From Octopus vulgaris (taxonomy: Eukaryota), in contig OX597825.1 of NCBI GenBank assembly GCA_951406725.2, forward strand, positions 47,058,001-47,122,000: DNA of 64,000 bases. The letters are read 5' to 3'. A program made the position numbers and the translations under genes. Within the stretch, counting starts at the first letter, position 1, and each line of letters begins with the position of its first letter. Of the stretch, positions 55,934-64,000 are shown one piece after another. The notes beneath the pieces were generated by a model. That model was not told the origin of the DNA. It made no database searches and saw nothing but the letters and a program-made list of their open reading frames with translations.

Positions 55934-57810
55934 TCTGAAAAGCATAAATCCGAAAGAAGAAACGCACTCTAAGATGTAGAGCAGTATATATTAAAAGTGG
56001 GGAAGACCTGTTTATGGGATTACCTTAGGTTTCACGTCTATAAAGGGTTTGCTTTTATGGCTAAACTACTGTATCATATTTTGCTATTGGCTATCGACTT
56101 CTGGCTGTGTCGCCATCTTGTAGACTTCAAAAGTCTAGCAGCAACTTCTTGAAATGTGAACATGCCCCGAAAGTCTCCGTTCTGGATTTAAGTGTTTCCT
56201 GGTTCGAGTGAGTCCTTTAGGTTTCTCGCCTGTTCAGCTATGCATAACTTGCAACACTTCGTCCCGTTGATGAAGGTGCCTGTGCTTTCGAGGATTTTCC
56301 ATGAGATCCAGTATGGAATCCCTTCATCTCTTAGTTGCCAGACGTGTCTGTCCAGCGATGTTACGTATATCTTATCTGGAAGTCTAAAGGAGGACCTGTG
56401 GTTGAAAACAAGTTGCTTGAAAGAGTTCCGAACATCTAATATTTTTCTGTGAGCGTGTGTTGTCAGTGCAGTATCTGCTGGTGTTGTTGTTGCTGCCACC
56501 AACATCGTTGTTGTTGGAGTTGGGGCTGCTGGTGGTGGCGTCACTGGAGGTGGTGGTGGTGGTGGTGGTGTTGGTAATGGTATTGCCATTGCCGGTTATG
56601 GTCAAGACGCTGTTGTTGTCATTGTGGTCCTCGTCATTGGTGGGAGAGTTGCTATTGTTGCTAGAGGTGTCATTAGCTGTGGTTCCGCTGGTGTTTCTGC
56701 TAGGGCCACTGTCGCTGCTGCTACTGCTGTTGCCATTGCTGTCATTATTGCCGTTATTGCTGTTAGTGGCACTGTACCTGTTGCTGCTGCTATAGGGGTT
56801 GTCAGGTATGTTACTGTGGACGTTAGGGAAGTTGTTGGAAATGTTGGTGCTGATGGCGATGCTTCTGTGGATGCTAGTGTCGTTACTGCTGTCGATGTTG
56901 TCGGGAGAACTGTCACTACTGTCGCTGGAACTGTTATTGTTGCTAATGGTGTTAACTGTGGCAATGGTGGCGGTGTTGCTGGTTCTGTTCTCTGACCTAC
57001 GTCTACTATTACCAGGGTTTGCTAGTACTTTGCCTTCATAGACGACCCCTTTGGTTTCGCAGTGGCCTCCCGAAGGGCATCTCTTGCGGTCCCTGTATGA
57101 ACATCCTGCCTCTTCCTGTGTCCTAGGGGCGCTGACTAGGGTGCTCTTAATATTGGGGGACCAGCTAAATAGGACTCTAACGTTGTGCTTGTTGAAAATG
57201 GGCCCATACCCATGGGAGCTCGTGAAATGCTTGTCTATTAATTTAAGGAATATTCTATCCACGGGCGTTTTGGAATTAAGAGAGAAAGTGGGGGTGGTAA
57301 ATCAAATGGTATTTCTACGGCGCTTCCTTCTGTGGTTGTTGGGCTCCGGCGTGTAGGAGATTCGGCCTCGAAGTCTGCTGGCAGCCAGGTTTACGTTATA
57401 GTGTGGGTCGTTGCGTCGAAAATCTCTTGGCTAGAGGAAAGTTTCGTGAGTCTCTTAGTAACACACTTCACCAGGTTTTTGAACATGATAGGTAGGTGGC
57501 AGGTTGCTACGTTGATGGGAAAATCCTTAACTCCAGAGCAGAGATTTTCGGGCCATGTTTACATTTCAGGAGGTTCCTGTCAGACCTTTGGAATTCACAA
57601 GATGGCGGTACAGCCGGCGTTCGACAGCCAATAGCACAGGAAGATAATCTCCAGTTGTTACCTTTGAGGTGTGAGGCATTTTCTATGCCATATTTTAAAG
57701 AGGTCTTGGGCTAACAGGTTTTTGAGATCTGACGATACGCCATACAGCTAAACCCTTTATGGAGGGAACCCTAAGGTATTCCTATAAACCGGTCTTCTCC
57801 GTTTTTAATA
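55933..57810 (-). mobile_element. PLE 3' part with an inverted second tail (57510-57810, +)
   Basis: RKRRRNTI.FT.P.FS, FLKLIDKHF, IFNKHNVR, CP.GGHC..KGVVYE, FNHRSSF, VWQLRD..W.ILE, CKLC..EQ. The inverted diverged copy of the tail encodes LNSRAEIFGPCLH. Confidence 0.75.
57724..57783 (+). ncRNA. Degenerate hammerhead in the inverted PLE tail (partner at ~56017-56065, minus)
   Basis: gagat-CTGACGA-tacgccata..tatggagg-GAAC-cctaag-GTA. The partner copy retains ..acgt-GAAAC-ctaag-GTA-atccc. Confidence 0.5.
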
Positions 57811-57865
57811 CACCGTGAAGTATATTTGCCACCTAAATGTGACTGACTCATATAGGACGATGCTA

Positions 57866-58235
57866 CTGTTGTTTATAACCCCAGGCAGACATCTCCTCCA
57901 GCTGGCTAATAACGCACTGTCTGTGTCCGATCAGTATTTGCGAAGGGAAATCATCGTTCTCATCTCTAGCCTTACGTAATACACACGGACCCGGGTTTAT
58001 GGGTAGTAGCCCGTCGTCAGCGTGTGACAATCCTCAGCTAGTGATGAAAACTAATTCCAAACACAAAATACTATATGCTTTTTTCCAGTGACAAACCGTC
58101 GCTGATCTCGATAAAGGAGAAACAAAAAATGAAAATTCTCTGAGCGAGATGTAAAGAGTAGCAAGTGATGAAAACTGATTCCAACCGCAAAATAGCCAGC
58201 TGGAGTAGATGTATTCCTGGGGATGTAAGCAACAG
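57866..58235. mobile_element. MITE/fold-back element with ~43-bp imperfect inverted ends
   Basis: ctgttgtttataaccccagg..catctcctccagctggcta / tagccagctggagtagatg..cctggggatgtaagcaacag. An internal direct repeat gtgatgaaaact occurs at 58041 and 58166. Confidence 0.55.
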
Positions 58236-58281
58236 AGGTCTTGCTGCTATTGTTGACATCTCGCTCAGAGATTTATTATTG

Positions 58282-58319
<38 letters not shown>

Positions 58320-58390
58320 ATAAATTAGAGATAAAACCACTATTATGTAACTCAAACAATGATAGACATAAACCAATACATAAATAACCA

Positions 58391-58422
<32 letters not shown>

Positions 58423-59142
58423 TTTTAAAAAAAAATATATAACTAGATCTCAAAAGGTATAAAATGAATGATAAATATATAATATAATATGTGAAAACAC
58501 TACGTACGTTTTTACATATATTCCCAACGAATTAAATATAATTTAAAGTGGGAGATAATTTGTAAGGCGAAATCATATAGTATAGGTAGCAATTATTGTT
58601 ATTTGTGTTCTAGTTAATTTAATGAAATATTATTTAATAATCATAATAAATTAGTGAATACATTGGACGAGCGTAAAATTAAATGTAGCCACAAATTACT
58701 TTACTTATATAATAATTTTTTAGATAAATAGCGACTATATTTAAACCCTATTTTGTTTCTAATTTGGAGTTATATTTTGTACTAGTATTAATTCTAAAAT
58801 TTAGTATGAGATTTATATTGTATATTACATAATTTAATCATTCTAATTTAACATTACGGCGGTGCATCAGCATGGCCGCAGCTCTGAGCTGAAACTAGAG
58901 AAATATAAATAAATAAATAAATAATTAAATAAATAATTTAATTAATGATAGTAGTGTTGTGTTTGCACCTCTGTAGGTTGTTTGAGCATTAGTCAATAAG
59001 AGTTACTAAAGGTTCTTTAAATACTTATAGTTAGATTATATTTAAATGTTTATTTTATTATTAAATATATAATTTATTTAATGAATATAGATTAAAAGAT
59101 AGTTATTTCTTTTTTTGTGGTTGATATTGTTATTATTATTAT

Positions 59143-59173
<31 letters not shown>

Positions 59174-59412
59174 ATTTGGCTCAAAAGCAAATAGCAAGGC
59201 CATGTAGGGGGACATGGAGTTAAGTACAGGGTAGTGTTCATGTAAAGAGTTCAGGCCACTTGAGGTCAAGGGAGGCTTTGAACAAAGCGGTCGTCGGCAT
59301 CTTCACCATCTCGTCTGGCAGCTTGTTCCACGGATCCGCAACCCGGACGGAGAAAGCTCCTCTCCTTCGATTGAGATGAAATCGTCGCAGGTAGAGCTTT
59401 TCGGAATGACCC
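59143..59412 (-). mobile_element. CR1-clade LINE 3' end with (TAAC)n tail
   Basis: GHSEKLYLRRFHLNRRRGAFSVRVADPWNKLP...FKASLD, then a short UTR and a (ctaa)n tail. Confidence 0.8.
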
Positions 59413-60402
59413 TACTATGATTATTATGTCTACTAAAATTTATAGTATTAAGTATATATATCTTTTTTGGTAATAGTTTTAGTAACGTTAAATATATAAT
59501 TTTGAATGTGTAGTATAATAATTTTTTTCTTTATGTAATATTTATTAATACTGATAATAAGTACTTTATTTATTCAATTAAAGAGTGAAGTATTTGATCT
59601 AAATATAGATTACTTTACCTATATGATAAGTTTAATTTATTATTATTTAGCATTTGTTTTTAGTATTAGTATGATATATAATATTTATTTATTATATACG
59701 ACAGTTAAGTTTATAGTTTTTAATAATTTTTTTATATTAATCAAAATGTATTTTATATATTTCGAAGTAGACTTATTTAGATGTTTATTTAATTAATTAA
59801 TATTATATTAATGAATTTTGTTACATTATAGTTTTTAAATTAATTTAGTTTATTAATTAGTGGTCATAATATAGATAATGTTTGAATTACTACTGAGTCA
59901 ATATTGTATGTGTCTAAAAGATATTTTATTTAAATAAAGATTTGACTCCAACGTAGCCATTTTTATATATATAAAATAAATTTGTTTAAGATTATTAGAG
60001 AATATACAGTAAATGGTAGTTATATAAATTATTTAATTTATAGAGTTTTGAATATAATTTATTGTGGTTAATTATAAATTTTAGTTTTATAGTGAAAGAT
60101 ATAGAGTATAGTGAGTATATTCTCTATTAGTGACTTTGTTCTCTTTATCTATTAAAGCTAAAATATAGCCATAGTTTTCATTGATAATATTTATTCGTAG
60201 TTTTCATTGATAAATTATATTCGTAGCTTTCATTGTTAAAAGAATTTTTCCATCTACTTATTCTATTTCTGTTAATAACGTAATTCCACGAATTTTCTTA
60301 TAAACGCTTAAAAGACGTTTTTCGTTTTGAGATTTTAGTTAATGACACGGTTTTCGAGAGTTAAGTAAACTTTTTTATATTTAAGAAAGTTTAAGAAATT
60401 TT

Positions 60403-60469
<67 letters not shown>

Positions 60470-60670
60470 ATGTGACCTTGTGTGTACCGTTGGTGATTTT
60501 TCTCCTCTGTCTTCCCTTCTCTGGATCTTTCCTTCTATGTTTCCGACGAAGAATCCGCTCGAAACGTTAAACCCTCCTTCTTTCCTTCTTTCCTGAGCAT
60601 CCAATAATACTAAATGTGTTCCACGTCCTCGCGTTGTTGTGTTTTTTTGTGCTTTCTTGTTTAGATTAAC
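60470..60670 (+). mobile_element. Second solo pLTR-like unit with a decayed hammerhead (60539-60572)
   Basis: Homologous to 54836-55050; core is CCGACGA..gctc-GAAAC-GTT-aaac; TA tracts lie on both sides. Confidence 0.7.
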
Positions 60671-60689
60671 TATATATATATATAATTTT

Positions 60690-60975
60690 ACTGTGTGGTA
60701 AGAAGCTTGCCTCACAACCACATAGTTCCTGGTTGAATCCCACTGCCTTGTGACTGGATTGTTAGACGGGAACTGAAAAAAGCTCGTCGTGTATATGCAT
60801 ATCTGTATTTGTTCTCCCACCACCGTTTGACAACCGATGTTGGTGTGTTTGCGTCCCGTAACATAGTAGTTCGGCAAAAGCGACTGATTGAATAAGTCCT
60901 GGGGTCGATTCATTCGACTTAAAATTCAAGTCTGTGCTCCAGAATGACCACAGTCTAATGACTAAAACAAGTAAA
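60690..60975 (+). mobile_element. OR-type SINE, internally deleted
   Basis: ctgtgtggtaagaagcttgc..ggttgaatcccactgc..ctccagaatgaccacagtctaatgactaaaacaag. Confidence 0.75.
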
Positions 60976-61952
60976 ATATAAAAGATAAAAAAGAAATAGG
61001 AAAAAACGAGAGCTAATGAAAGACATGCACAAAATTATATTCTCTATATCATTCCAATATGTATTTCCGAAGCATTACACATGCATGAATGAAATTATAC
61101 TAGACATTATCAATCACACCGATATGAAGTTTATTGACAGATGGGATACGAAATGGCTGAAATATTAAAAATTATTTGTATCGGAAGCTTACCGATAACG
61201 TTTCCTCTGTTAAATATGACAGTATTGTATAGAGAAGTCATCACTCGTAAAAATGCAATCAAGGAATTAATGCAAAAAAAGTGTACACTCATATTAATTT
61301 TAATTAGAATATATGAAAAAGCTGTATATATTCGTCTGTGCTCTGTAAAATTCATACGACGAATATGAACATTAAGAATTATTCAATGCATGTAAACAAT
61401 AACTGGTGCTTTCAGAATTAACGACTTGACCTGCTTTTGCAAAAGATAATTCTATAGTTTAGTTATTTCTGATCTATTTCTGAATCTGTGAATTCTCCCG
61501 AAGAGAATTGTTTTCCATATTATAATACTCAGTATTTCTTTGTTAAGCACGAGAAGAGCTTCACTTACGATTTTATCATAAAACAAATTCTTTTGCCTTT
61601 TCATATTTTTAATTCAATGATAAGTTAATATACTTAATGATGTAAGTATATTTGTCACGTAATAAAGCGAATGAAAATAATGAATGGCTTTTAGCTCAAT
61701 TCACTTCTACTGTTAATTTAAACTCCTTTAGCCGATTTTCTTCATCTACTTTAAATGTTAATATGTCGCATGAGTTGATAAGTTTTTATAGTTTAGGTAG
61801 GTGATGAAAGACAATTAGTTGTGGGCAAGGCATTAAACAGCATTCAGCGAGTTCAAAAAAGTTTGGTGGAGTCTTGATCACCATTAATCCCCAGTCTGCA
61901 CTGACCTAGGTTGGTTGTAATTGTCAACGTTCACATTCGTGGGTCGAATACC

Positions 61953-61997
61953 CGAAGATGGATCTGTGTCTAAGGTATAGGCACAGATCCATCTTCG
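61953..61997. repeat. 20-bp stem hairpin
   Basis: cgaagatggatctgtgtcta(aggta)taggcacagatccatcttcg, with one GU pair. Confidence 0.85.
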
Positions 61998-63257
61998 AAA
62001 GAGGACCTATTCCTTGGCATGTCTTAAACGGATTCACCTGCGCGCGGTCATACCTTAATGTTATGTGAAGCAATACCCCTTGCTTCAAGTGTAATATCGG
62101 GAAAGTAGAAGGCTAGCAGGCTAAACTGTAAATAAACAGGTAGAAAGCAACGGGAAGACACAGTTATACCTTTTCCAAAAAAAGTTTACGACTCTTCAGA
62201 CTTTATCTTGTTCGTGACCACCAAAACCTATAGGCCTGTTGATCCATGACAATGGATGCCCGTAGGCATGACGCATAAAGAGAGCAGAAGGACACATGGT
62301 ACTTTTCAAGGCCTCTGAAACTAGTGGAAGAAAATTATTCTTAAACGGGCGACATGATCTGAATACTTTGGGACTCAACTCCAAAGCTAGATGGTGGTGC
62401 CAAACCCTGTAACTCTGAGTCTATTATTTCTTTATCGAAAGAAATATTTGCAACATGTTTTTATGTATTTCATATGTAGAAATATTTCTAACGTTCTATA
62501 TACATCTACATATGTTCTTTTGTTACTTGTTTTGTTTTATCTATTATATATCACGCCAACCGAATCCCCTTTTACGTTCTCTTCTTATTTTTATTATCTT
62601 TCATCACTTTACTCTTATCAAGCTATTTCTCGTACAATCTCGTATAATATAAACAACTCCCATTTTGAGTACCCATACAGTATTTTCTTATTTTTAATGC
62701 ATTGAACAATAAAAGTTTTAAATACTACAAACAAATCAGTTTAATATATATTCTTGTACATTAACCGACGTTTTTCTAGTTCTGGTTTTTCTCCTTATAT
62801 ATTACTGGTCATGGATCAGGAATATTAATTTTCACAATGATCTACAGAGTTCTGCCCTATGCAGTAGACATAACCATTTGTTCTAAATTAAATTGCTTAT
62901 AAATTGTAAAAAAAAAAAATCATTTAAAATGTAAATATATATTTATATTCAAATATTTTGTTGCATTTCCATTATATATATTTGCAATATAAAAGAGAGT
63001 AATACTAATTTGTGATAAATTTGTATTGCAATAACTAATATGGAAACATGCGCAATCACATAAACCCCATCACATATATACTCGACAACTCGCAGTTAGA
63101 ACTATTAATTTGCATGTATACATTTATTTCCATCTTTAGATTGAACCTACTGCAAATGATAATGAGATCTAAATTTCATTCAATAAAAGATTATTATTTC
63201 GTTTTTGGATTTGGTTTGCAAGATTCTTTATGTGAGTTCGTGTGTTGAAGCATATTC

Positions 63258-63537
63258 TGTTGTGTCTGGGGAGAGTCATTTTCCTTTTGTGCATTATAAT
63301 TTAATACACTCCGCGGTAAAATTTCCACTTATTTCTTATTTCTATTTCCTAAAAATTTTCGTTGCGTCTTGCAACATTTTCAATAGTCTTGAACGGACAG
63401 AGTCAAGTCAATTGAAAAGGTTGCAAGATGCAATGAAAATTTTAGGAAAATAAAAATAAGGAATAAGTGGAAATTTTACCGGTGAATGTGTTAAATTATA
63501 AGGCACAGAAAGAAAATGACTCTCTCCGGACACAACA
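63258..63537. repeat. Fold-back pair of ~135-bp units, each with a UUGAAAA hammerhead-like motif
   Basis: The arms are diverged reverse complements around ~63395. A related single arm piece lies at ~53928-54020. Confidence 0.8.
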
Positions 63538-64000
63538 AAAGATTATTAGTTTCCTCTTAATTAGATTGTCTTACTTTTCTCAATGCCAAAATGTTGGGCG
63601 CATAAGACAATAATCTTTTTGTTGAGTGGCTATCAGAATAGTCTTCTCCTGCCGGAACGTTATCTGATCAAATTCGCTTTATTTATTTACTATGTAAGAC
63701 AATTCACAGTATAGCCATGTTATATATGTAGACTTAATTATCCACTCCATTTATTATTGAGTCCAATAATAATTTTCTACCCCATAAAGATAGGTGCACA
63801 TAGTTGTACACGTTTCAGTGGTTTAATGAAGAAAACAACTGAATATTTTCACTTTCGATGTAGAACAAGCAGCTGTTGTCCAGCAATCTATGGACTCGGT
63901 CATATGTATCCCTTTTACTAGACGCAGCAATGAATCAATATATTCTTTTTGTGGAGAAAGTTAATGAAATTATTTGATATTCATCGGTTTCTTACAGCTA

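Overview
This is AT-rich, microsatellite-dense eukaryotic DNA, most likely intergenic or intronic sequence of a coleoid cephalopod (Octopus-like SINE families; this is an inference). No intact host gene is supportable, and most ORF-track entries are translations of (TA)n/(CA)n/(TACA)n tracts. The window is a mosaic of decayed mobile elements: two mariner copies, a Chapaev3-like and a Sola2-like DNA transposon, R4/Dong-like, Hero-like, RTE, CR1 and L1/Tx1 LINE pieces, two non-autonomous Helitrons, many tRNA-derived SINEs and at least seven Penelope-like element (PLE) RT/GIY-YIG fragments. The main unexplained signal is a dense set of hammerhead-ribozyme (HHR) motifs, about a dozen loci read by eye. 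Most sit near the 3' ends of PLE or pLTR-like units next to (TA)n/(TAA)n tracts, and they come in several architectures: an intact canonical type I (50479-50569), minimal dimer-type motifs, U3-A8 covariant cores (UUGAAAA), a type III-like motif behind an L1/Tx1 fragment, and a non-circularly permuted ('rearranged') hammerhead at 48372-48432. There are also repeated head-to-head or fold-back duplications: a 4.5-kb nested inverted mosaic at 2473-6940, a zero-spacer 681-bp palindrome and inverted PLE tails. All family assignments come from motif recognition by eye, not database searches, and boundaries are approximate.
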